Below are positions 56,511 through 64,000 of a stretch of DNA of 64,000 nucleotides, piece by piece. The notes beneath the pieces were generated by a model. The model was given only the letters and a program-made list of their open reading frames with translations. It was not told the origin of the DNA and searched no databases. Where the stretch lies: positions 51,991 through 115,990 of the forward strand of contig PLNN01000019.1 in NCBI GenBank assembly GCA_003142795.1. Reading direction: 5' to 3'. The position numbers and the translations under genes are program-made. Every line of letters starts with the position of its first letter. Position 1 is the stretch's first letter. Source of the DNA: Candidatus Omnitrophota bacterium. Its GTDB lineage: Bacteria > Omnitrophota > Gorgyraeia > 2-01-FULL-45-10.

Positions 56511-57455
56511 ATGATGAAGGCAGCCAAATATCCTATATGCAAGCGGTATGAGGGGAATCCTATATTGACGGGTAAAGATTTCCCGGCCGAGGCCGATATT
56601 AAAAATGTTTTTAATTCCGGCATCGTGAAACACAATGGTAAGTATCTGATGATCTGCCGGGTGGAGAATTCCGCTTTGCTTGACCGCTTCTGGATAGCGG
56701 AGAGTGCGGACGGTTATCATTTTAAGCCGTGGCCGAAGCCGATGGATATGCCCCACGACGATCCGTTATTCAAGCAATATTCCTCCAGCATGTATTATGA
56801 CCCGCGCGTGACAAAAATAGGGGATACATTTTACATGGTCCATGCCGCGCACAGCGGACATACCTGCCGGTTGAGCCTGATGAAGACAAAAGACTTTAAA
56901 AAGGTTCAATGGATGGGGTTTATTTCCGAAACAGATAATCGCAATGGGGTGCTTTTCCCGGAGAAGATCAACGGGTTGTACGCGCGCCTCGACCGGCCCA
57001 ATACCGGATCCAATAACGGCGATATCTGGATATCTTATTCTCCGGATCTGGTTTATTGGGGAAAGAGTGAATGCGTCTTCAGGAACTGGGAAGGGATACG
57101 CTGGGCCTGGACAAAGATCGGGGCCGGAGCCGTTCCTATCAGGACAAAAGAGGGATGGCTGACCATTTTCCACGGAGTACGCACTCAATGCCATTCTCAT
57201 TATGTTTATCAATTAGGTGTTTGTCTTTTGGACCTGAAGGATCCTGCAAAAGTCAAGGCTATGGCTGAAGACGCGATCTTGATCCCCGAGGAGCAATACG
57301 AACTTGTGGGACAGACTCCCAGCGTGGTCTTTACCTGCGGCGCTGTGGTGGAGGATAACGGCGAGGTTAAAATTTATTACGGCGGCGCTGATACGGTTCA
57401 ATGCGTAGCTACCACAAGCGTCCAGCGGCTTATCGACGCATGTCATAATCGCTAA
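56511..57455 (+). CDS. GH130 beta-mannoside phosphorylase/glycosidase
   Basis: NPIL, VFNSG, DPRV, RNGVLFPEKING, DRP, KIGAG and YYGGAD. Confidence 0.92.
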   Translation: MMKAAKYPICKRYEGNPILTGKDFPAEADIKNVFNSGIVKHNGKYLMICRVENSALLDRFWIAESADGYHFKPWPKPMDMPHDDPLFKQYSSSMYYDPRVTKIGDTFYMVHAAHSGHTCRLSLMKTKDFKKVQWMGFISETDNRNGVLFPEKINGLYARLDRPNTGSNNGDIWISYSPDLVYWGKSECVFRNWEGIRWAWTKIGAGAVPIRTKEGWLTIFHGVRTQCHSHYVYQLGVCLLDLKDPAKVKAMAEDAILIPEEQYELVGQTPSVVFTCGAVVEDNGEVKIYYGGADTVQCVATTSVQRLIDACHNR

Positions 57456-57493
57456 AGCTTAAAAGCGCAAAAAATAAAAAGGAGAGAACACCA

Positions 57494-58963
57494 ATGGAAG
57501 AAGCTGTCCCTGTTAATAGGAGGAAAGTTGAGAGGCGGAAAGCTCTGCGAGATCGTCTTCCGTGGTTTACCAAGTTAGCCTATAGTCTTGGCACGGCCGT
57601 TGATATGTGGGGTCTATGGTTATACCCGGCCGTTGCTTTTGCGGTCTTCAACATGTATTTGGGTGTTCAGCCGTGGCTGGTAGGCTTGGCGCTTACGTTG
57701 ATCCGGATATGGGATGCCCTTATCGACCCTATAGTGGGATGGCTGTCCGATAATTTGCGTACCAAATGGGGCCGCCGGCGTCCATTTATTTTGATAGGTG
57801 GTATTTTAAGTGGACTATGCCTGCCGGTTTTGTTCCTGGTGTCACCGTCCTGGGCGTCGATGAAATTCCTAGGCGTGTCTGTGGTGTTCTGGTATATGAT
57901 GTTGTCCACCATGTTGTATTATCCGATAGTCAGCTGTTTTACCGTACCCTACTATAGTTTGGGCGCGGAAATGTCGCCTGATTATGAAGAGCGCACCTCC
58001 ATCATGTCTTATCGCAGTATGACACAAAAGGTCTCGGAATTGGGCAATTTTTATGCTTTGCGTTTTACCAACCTGGCCTGGTTCCTTATTCCCGGAACGG
58101 CACAAAAAAATACTCTCCTGGGAATGCGGATCTACACATGCATATTGGGCGTGGTAATGGCTCTTTTTGCCGTAATAATTTTCTTCAGGGTCAAAGAACG
58201 CTACTACCATACAGTGGTGGTGAAGGTTAAAGAAAAGGTTTCGATCTTGAGTTCCCTGGGTGAGACCCTTAGGTGTAAGCCATTCCGTCAGCTGATGGTC
58301 ATGGGCGGCGCTTTTACTTTGGGTACGAGTATGGTGGGCTCGCTTGGATATTATGCCACGGTTTTTTATGTAGCCGAGGGCAACAGGATCATGGGAGATA
58401 ATTGGCAGTTTTGGATGGGTGTGGCCTTTATGATAGGCGGCCTTATAGGGGTTCCGCTGCATGCGCAGCTTGCGCATAAGATCGGCAAGCGCGAGGCAGC
58501 AGTGGTAGCCTGCGTCATAGGCATATGCGGTTACGGCGGTTCATGGTTCCTTTATACGCCGGCGATCAAGTGGCTGCAGATGATATCATCGGCTTTGATG
58601 GGGATGGCTGCGGCTTCTCTCTGGATGCTGCATAGCGCAATCGGCGCCGACATTATGGACTACGACGAGCTAAATACGGGCAGACGAAGGGAAGGTTCTT
58701 TCACTGCCTGTGGTTCCTATATCCTAAAATTAGGAAATTCACTCGGGTATTATGTTTCCGGCCTTATTTTGACATGGGCGGGTTTTACCTGGAATCTCAA
58801 GGTGCAGGCGCCGCAAACCATATTCTGGATCCGCTCAAGCCTCGCTTCTTTGCCGGTCGTAGGCCTGATCGTCGCTATCATTTTTGTTATGCGTGTTCCG
58901 CTCACAAGAGAAAGATCCGAGGATATCCGCGATAGTCTCGAAGAGCGCAGAGGCACGGTGTAA
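57494..58963 (+). CDS. MFS glycoside-pentoside-hexuronide (GPH/MelB-like) transporter
   Basis: RIWDALIDP..G..SD, WGRRRPF, ERTS and DYDELNTGRRREG. RBS AGGAG. Confidence 0.93.
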   Translation: MEEAVPVNRRKVERRKALRDRLPWFTKLAYSLGTAVDMWGLWLYPAVAFAVFNMYLGVQPWLVGLALTLIRIWDALIDPIVGWLSDNLRTKWGRRRPFILIGGILSGLCLPVLFLVSPSWASMKFLGVSVVFWYMMLSTMLYYPIVSCFTVPYYSLGAEMSPDYEERTSIMSYRSMTQKVSELGNFYALRFTNLAWFLIPGTAQKNTLLGMRIYTCILGVVMALFAVIIFFRVKERYYHTVVVKVKEKVSILSSLGETLRCKPFRQLMVMGGAFTLGTSMVGSLGYYATVFYVAEGNRIMGDNWQFWMGVAFMIGGLIGVPLHAQLAHKIGKREAAVVACVIGICGYGGSWFLYTPAIKWLQMISSALMGMAAASLWMLHSAIGADIMDYDELNTGRRREGSFTACGSYILKLGNSLGYYVSGLILTWAGFTWNLKVQAPQTIFWIRSSLASLPVVGLIVAIIFVMRVPLTRERSEDIRDSLEERRGTV

Positions 58964-60622
58964 GTGGAATTAAAGTTCGGCACAAGCGGATTAAGAGATA
59001 CGGTTGAGAATATGACCGATATGGAATGTTATGTTAATGCAAGGGGTTTCATTGCGTATCTTAAAGAGACAGGAGAATTTAAAGAAGGCGATTGTATCGC
59101 AATAGGCGGGGATAGAAGGCCCAGCACGTATAAGATAAAAAGGGCCGTTGCAGGGGCTACTTGTGATATGGGCGGCATAGCAGACGATCAAGGACAGGTT
59201 CCCAGTCCTGCTTTAGCTTATTATGCAATGCGCAATAATATGGCCAGTATCATGGTTACAGGCAGTCATATACCGGCTGATAGGAATGGTATAAAGTTCA
59301 CAAAACGAACGGGCGAGATATTGAAATCGGATGAGCCGGGTATTCTGGAAAATGTCCGAAAAGAAAGAATAAAAGTTCATTTCAATCTTGAAGAAGATTC
59401 GATTTTTGATAAAAAAGGAAATTTTAAAACAACAGTTGAGCCCAAGTTTAATGAGCTCTTAAGAGATAAATGTTATACAGGCAAGGCTCGCGAATTATAT
59501 ATAGACAGGTATAGAAGCGTATTCGGGAATAATTTTTTTCCTGAGGGGACAAAAATATTCCTGTATCAACATTCTGCCGTGGCTAGAGACATCGTAAAAG
59601 AGATCTTTGAAAGTTTAGGCGCGCAAGTTTTTGCGCCTGATATCGAGATAGATAATGTTCCTTTAAGAAGCGATGAGTTTGTCCCGGTTGACACCGAAAG
59701 TGTTTCTGACAAGACTTTATCGCTCTTTAAGAAGGTTCTCCTGGATAATGATCTCGATATCGGGATAACGCTAGACGGCGATTCGGATAGACCGCTTCTT
59801 GTTTACAGGGAATGTGAAGAAGGTAAACCGAAAAACTCTGTAAAATATATAACAGGCGATATTTTAGGGTTGCTTGCCATATTGGGTCTGGAAAAATTAA
59901 ATATAAAAGTAGACGCCGTGTGTGTTCCTGTCAGCGCAAATGACGCTATTATAAAGGTCTGTAAAGAAAAAGGCATAGAATTGACCCAGACCAGGATAGG
60001 GTCGCCTTTTGTTATTGCCGCAATGAATGATTCTATCGCAAGCCATTCAGGCGAATGGAATGTGTTTGCGTGGGAATCGAACGGCGGTTTTCTAACAGGG
60101 ACCGATCTTAAGATAGGAGATAAAACCCTTAGGGCTTTACCTACCAGAGATGCGGTGCTTCCGTTAATAAGCGTTATACATTTGGTCGTAAAAAGCGGAA
60201 TGGGCGTTTCAGGATTAATAAAAACGCTCCCTAAAAGGTTCACGCATGCGGATAGAAAAAAAGAATTTCCTGTGGAAATGAGTAAGCGCATAATCAGTTA
60301 TTTGACTCCTAAAGATCTGAATGACGCGGAAGAGCTGGAAGAAATTAAAAAAAGAATAGAGGAAGCGTTCTTGAGTGAGGATGGTTTTGGAAAAGTTAAG
60401 AGCATAGATTATACAGATGGGATAAAGATATTTTTTGATAATGGTGAGATATCGCATCTCAGGCCATCCGGTAATGCGCCGGAGTTCAGGAATTATGCTA
60501 TCGCGGATTCGCAAGGCAGAGCGCGGGAAATGGTGCGGATAGGGATCGAGAAGGTAATGCCGAGGTTAGCTGAGACCGGCGGGCAGAAAGTGGGCATAAA
60601 ACGAGCGGTATGGAAAATCTAA
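58964..60622 (+). CDS. manB: Phosphomannomutase/phosphoglucomutase (alpha-D-phosphohexomutase)
   Basis: FGTSGLR, TGSHIP, DGDSDR, ESNGG and HLRPSGNAPE. GTG start abuts the upstream TAA. Confidence 0.9.
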   Translation: MELKFGTSGLRDTVENMTDMECYVNARGFIAYLKETGEFKEGDCIAIGGDRRPSTYKIKRAVAGATCDMGGIADDQGQVPSPALAYYAMRNNMASIMVTGSHIPADRNGIKFTKRTGEILKSDEPGILENVRKERIKVHFNLEEDSIFDKKGNFKTTVEPKFNELLRDKCYTGKARELYIDRYRSVFGNNFFPEGTKIFLYQHSAVARDIVKEIFESLGAQVFAPDIEIDNVPLRSDEFVPVDTESVSDKTLSLFKKVLLDNDLDIGITLDGDSDRPLLVYRECEEGKPKNSVKYITGDILGLLAILGLEKLNIKVDAVCVPVSANDAIIKVCKEKGIELTQTRIGSPFVIAAMNDSIASHSGEWNVFAWESNGGFLTGTDLKIGDKTLRALPTRDAVLPLISVIHLVVKSGMGVSGLIKTLPKRFTHADRKKEFPVEMSKRIISYLTPKDLNDAEELEEIKKRIEEAFLSEDGFGKVKSIDYTDGIKIFFDNGEISHLRPSGNAPEFRNYAIADSQGRAREMVRIGIEKVMPRLAETGGQKVGIKRAVWKI

Positions 60623-61467
60623 AGAGCAAGCACTTCCAAAATGTCGCGATAAAGGGCGTGATATACGCATTCCTTTTCATCGGCGCGATCTCCATAGCGA
60701 TCCCCTATGTCTGGATGTTCGTCACCAGCATAAAGCCCGTCGAAGAGGTGCAGTCGTACCCGCCTTCATTCATAGTGAAGCATCCGACGCTCTTACCTTA
60801 TCACGACCTCTTCCGGCTTATCCCGATACTGAGGTACGTCTGGAACTCCATATACGTCTCGGCTACCGTCACCATTGCCAACGTATTCTTCTGCTCGCTG
60901 GCAGGTTACGCATTCGCCAAACATCGGTTCTGGGGCCGCGATAAGATATTCTTTGTCCTCTTAGGTTCGCTCATGATACCGTGGCAGGTCAATCTCATTT
61001 CAGGATTCATATTGATAAGGAAGCTGGGTTGGCTTAATTCGTATAACGCATTGATCGTCCCGGTCATGGCAGGCGTATTCGGCATATTCCTGTGCAGGCA
61101 ATTCATAATGGCCATACCCGACGACCTGGTGGACGCGGCTAAGATAGACGGATGCAGCGAATTCACTATCTACAGGCTCGTCATACTTCCCCTGATAAAA
61201 CCGGTCCTCGCGACGCTGGCGATATTAACGTTCCTGCAGCAGTGGAACAACTTCATATGGCCTCTCATAGTGATAAACTCGAGCGAGATGCGCACGTTGC
61301 CGCTCGCCCTTTCCGTTCTCAATGGCCAATTCGGCACGAGATTCGCGATAGTCATGGCAGGCGCAGTCGTGGCGACGACGCCGATGCTCATTGTTTTCCT
61401 CGCGTTCCAGAAGTATTTCATGGAGGGGGTAGCGATGACGGGGCTTAAGGGATATAGCAAAATGTAG
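60610..61467 (+). CDS. Carbohydrate ABC transporter permease (MalG/UgpE-like)
   Basis: AGYAFAK, DAAKIDG and WNNFIWP. Confidence 0.96.
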   Translation: MENLKSKHFQNVAIKGVIYAFLFIGAISIAIPYVWMFVTSIKPVEEVQSYPPSFIVKHPTLLPYHDLFRLIPILRYVWNSIYVSATVTIANVFFCSLAGYAFAKHRFWGRDKIFFVLLGSLMIPWQVNLISGFILIRKLGWLNSYNALIVPVMAGVFGIFLCRQFIMAIPDDLVDAAKIDGCSEFTIYRLVILPLIKPVLATLAILTFLQQWNNFIWPLIVINSSEMRTLPLALSVLNGQFGTRFAIVMAGAVVATTPMLIVFLAFQKYFMEGVAMTGLKGYSKM

Positions 61468-61504
61468 GCCTGGTGCCTAATAAATAGGAGATAAGGAAAA
61501 TAAA

Positions 61505-63157
61505 ATGAGACCAAAGATAAAAAAAATAATTCTATACACGATCTTTAGTTTATTTCTATTTACGAATGTTTCGTGCGCACAGGCTAAAGATGAGCCCTCT
61601 TCCGGCAAAAGGGCGGCACAAGGCTCAAAACCTCCTGCAAGTTCGGAACTTGTAAACCCGCAACATGAGAATGATAACAGCCTGGTCTACCTGAAGGTCC
61701 TCAATGCCGTTGCATCTGGCTTCGACGAGACGCCGGAGTGGGCGCCAAAACCAGACGCCATGGCTGTGGTGGACAGGTCGTTTGAGACCAGGTGGGCTTC
61801 CGGTTATAAGGATGGCGAATGGGTATATATCGATTTCGGTAAACCAAAGACGATGTCCAAGGTAGTGATAAAATGGGAACAGGCTTACGCGCCTAACTAC
61901 GAAGTGCTGACGTCCGATGATGCGAAAACCTGGAAACGGCTTGTCCTTATGGAAGGCCAGACAGGCGGAACGAGCGAAATAGGATTCCAGCCCGTTACGT
62001 GCAGGTATGTAAAATTGGTCGGGCTTACGAGGGTAAACCCTGAATGGGGAATATCTGTATGGGAATTCGAAGCCTATGGCCCCGCGGATAAGAACCCGGG
62101 CGATGTTGCGAACGTAGCGGCCGTTACCAAGAAAGAAAAGACTGCGGAAGAGAAAAAGCTGGAAGCGATAAGGCTCATTACCAACCCGATAGTCCCGTCT
62201 CCCGGCGCCATTACCGTAAATGAATTCCAGAGAGGTGTGAATTATACTTCCTGGTCTACCGACGAACTTAATACAGACATGTCGGATTACAGCCTCATCC
62301 ATCTTTCACAGCTCGGCGTGGGGCACGTTGCCTTGATGGCCGTCTATTACCAGGTCAATCCCGAGTCGAAGGCTATCACTGCGGATGAAAAGAAGACGAC
62401 GAGCGATGAGTCGGTTGGACATGCGATAAATATTATCCATGCGCTTGGCATGAAGGTCATGCTGAAGCCTCACGTGGATCTTGTCGACGAAGAGGCCAGG
62501 ACGAATATCATTCCCAGCGATGATTGGTTCGTAAGCTATAGAAATTTCATACTTCACTACGCGGAACTGGCGGCAAAATATAATGTCGAACTTTTGTGCA
62601 TCGGTACGGAGCTGTCGAATACGACTACGTCGAAATGGAAAGACAAGTGGACCGACATAATAAAGGATATACGCAAAGTTTATAAGGGGTCGCTTACCTA
62701 TGCTGCCAACTGGGATGAGTACGAGACCGTTTCTTTCTGGCCGGAGGTCGACTATATAGGAATGGACGCATATTTCCCGCTTACCAAAGAAAATAATCCC
62801 CCCCTGCAAGCTCTTATAAAAGCATGGGAAGGACAGGCCGCTATCTTAGAGAAATGGCTGAAAGACAATAACCTCAATAAACCCATAATATTTACTGAGG
62901 TGGGCTACGATACCATAGAAGGCTCGAACAGGCAGCCGTGGCGCGTGCTGCCGACGCTTGCTACGCGCAAGGAGAGCCAGGACGAACAGGCGAATTGCCT
63001 ATCCGCTCTTCTGGAGGTCATGACCCAAAAAAGCTGGTTCAAGGGGTTCTACTGGTGGAATTACTTCCCGCGTCCTGACATAGGCGCTTTCGGATACACG
63101 CTTCGCGATAAAAAGGGCGAGAAGATTTTGTCGGAATGGTATAAGAGATTGAAATAA
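61505..63157 (+). CDS. Secreted CBM32 (F5/8 type C) plus GH113-like glycoside hydrolase (putative beta-mannanase)
   Basis: Signal peptide. CBM32 motifs TRWAS..WVYIDFG..RYVKL. GH113 motifs LKPHV, IGTEL, YAANW, DAYFPL and FTEVGY. Confidence 0.85.
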   Translation: MRPKIKKIILYTIFSLFLFTNVSCAQAKDEPSSGKRAAQGSKPPASSELVNPQHENDNSLVYLKVLNAVASGFDETPEWAPKPDAMAVVDRSFETRWASGYKDGEWVYIDFGKPKTMSKVVIKWEQAYAPNYEVLTSDDAKTWKRLVLMEGQTGGTSEIGFQPVTCRYVKLVGLTRVNPEWGISVWEFEAYGPADKNPGDVANVAAVTKKEKTAEEKKLEAIRLITNPIVPSPGAITVNEFQRGVNYTSWSTDELNTDMSDYSLIHLSQLGVGHVALMAVYYQVNPESKAITADEKKTTSDESVGHAINIIHALGMKVMLKPHVDLVDEEARTNIIPSDDWFVSYRNFILHYAELAAKYNVELLCIGTELSNTTTSKWKDKWTDIIKDIRKVYKGSLTYAANWDEYETVSFWPEVDYIGMDAYFPLTKENNPPLQALIKAWEGQAAILEKWLKDNNLNKPIIFTEVGYDTIEGSNRQPWRVLPTLATRKESQDEQANCLSALLEVMTQKSWFKGFYWWNYFPRPDIGAFGYTLRDKKGEKILSEWYKRLK

Positions 63158-63175
63158 TACCACCCCCGCGCAATT

Positions 63176-63841
63176 ATGCGTATACTGATCGTTGAAGACG
63201 AGAAAAAGATCGCCGAATTCATGAAGCGCGGCCTGAAAGAAGAGGGCTATGCGGTCGACGTTGCCTATGACGGAGAAGAAGGGCAGTTCCTCGCCAGGAC
63301 AAATACCTACGACCTCATCATCCTCGACCTCATGCTTCCGAAGCTCGATGGCATCAGCCTCTGTAAAGGTTTGAGAAAAGAAGGTCTTGCCGTTCCTGTA
63401 ATAATGGTGACAGCGAAGGATGCCGTAGAAGATAAGGTTGCCGGCCTCGATTCCGGAGCGGACGATTATATTACAAAGCCTTTTGCCTTCGAAGAACTTC
63501 TCGCAAGAATAAGGGCGTTATTGAGGAAGAAAGGCGTCCCCGCCACCACGCTCCTTGTAGACGAGCTAACGCTTGATCTGGTCACCCACAAGGTGACGCG
63601 CCGGGGGGCTGAAATAATACTCACCGCTAAAGAATACGCGCTCCTCGAATACATGATGCGCAACGCCGGGAAAGTCATTACCCGTACGATGATCTCGGAA
63701 CACGTCTGGGACACCGATTTCGATACATTCACCAACGTTATAGACGTTTATATAAATTACCTGCGAAAGAAGATAGACGCGGGCAACAGTAAGAAACTGA
63801 TACAGACCGTGCGCGGCCGCGGTTACATGCTGAAAGGCTAA
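63176..63841 (+). CDS. OmpR/CusR-family DNA-binding response regulator
   Basis: ILIVEDE, LDLMLP, GADDYITKPF and TVRGRGY. Confidence 0.97.
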   Translation: MRILIVEDEKKIAEFMKRGLKEEGYAVDVAYDGEEGQFLARTNTYDLIILDLMLPKLDGISLCKGLRKEGLAVPVIMVTAKDAVEDKVAGLDSGADDYITKPFAFEELLARIRALLRKKGVPATTLLVDELTLDLVTHKVTRRGAEIILTAKEYALLEYMMRNAGKVITRTMISEHVWDTDFDTFTNVIDVYINYLRKKIDAGNSKKLIQTVRGRGYMLKG

Positions 63842-63848
63842 GGTCGGG

Positions 63849-64000
63849 ATGTTCCTCAAAACTATCCGTTTCAAAACCACCATCCTTTATACGGCAATAC
63901 TGGCCATTACGCTGACTTCTTTCAGCGCCATCTTGTACCACAACGTGGCGACCAGCCTTTACAACGGTATGGATACGCTCCTGACCTCGCGCGCAGGCGG
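63849..64000 (+). CDS. Probable sensor histidine kinase, N-terminal fragment (3'-truncated)
   Basis: MFLKTIRFKTTILYTAILAITLTSFSAILY is a TM1-like segment directly after the response regulator. The kinase domain is not visible in the window. Confidence 0.7.
   Translation, partial: MFLKTIRFKTTILYTAILAITLTSFSAILYHNVATSLYNGMDTLLTSRAG

Noticed and set aside
90-63941. The many 60-280 aa minus-strand and alternate-frame ORFs (e.g. 42848-43687, 61625-62302, 57869-58477)
   Set aside because: Almost all lie within long plus-strand genes with recognisable domains, and none shows family motifs. They are shadow ORFs.

Overview
All convincing genes are on the + strand, in two blocks. Block 1 (1-52446) is a tandem array of four proteins. 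ORF1 is >9304 aa and open at the left edge, ORF2 is 3231 aa, ORF3 is 4058 aa and ORF4 is about 749 aa. ORF2-4 have signal-peptide-like N-termini. ORF2 and ORF3 share a ~510-aa N-terminal domain (IQDAH...EG...GG[YF]H). All four end in related C-terminal regions, and between these ends they carry normally cytoplasmic domains. ORF3 strings together a sugar-1-P nucleotidyltransferase, phosphohexomutase, transaldolase, a cupin PGI-like domain and a mannose-6-P isomerase. ORF1 is a mosaic of degenerate enzymes, TPR/HEAT repeats, proteases, a methyltransferase, and sigma-4 and CsrA-like domains. These are separated by a repeated two-helix membrane cassette, two copies of which start with prepilin-like motifs. 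Block 2 (52501-64000) is a sugar, probably beta-mannoside, utilisation cluster. It has two Gfo/Idh/MocA oxidoreductases, a TIM-barrel isomerase, two ABC permeases split by a GH130-MFS-phosphomannomutase cassette, a CBM32-GH113 glycosidase and a two-component pair. The giant-gene architecture suggests Omnitrophota (OP3), but that is an inference. All domain calls come from motif recognition by eye; no searches were run, and domain boundaries are approximate. No rRNA, tRNA, CRISPR array or transposase was seen.
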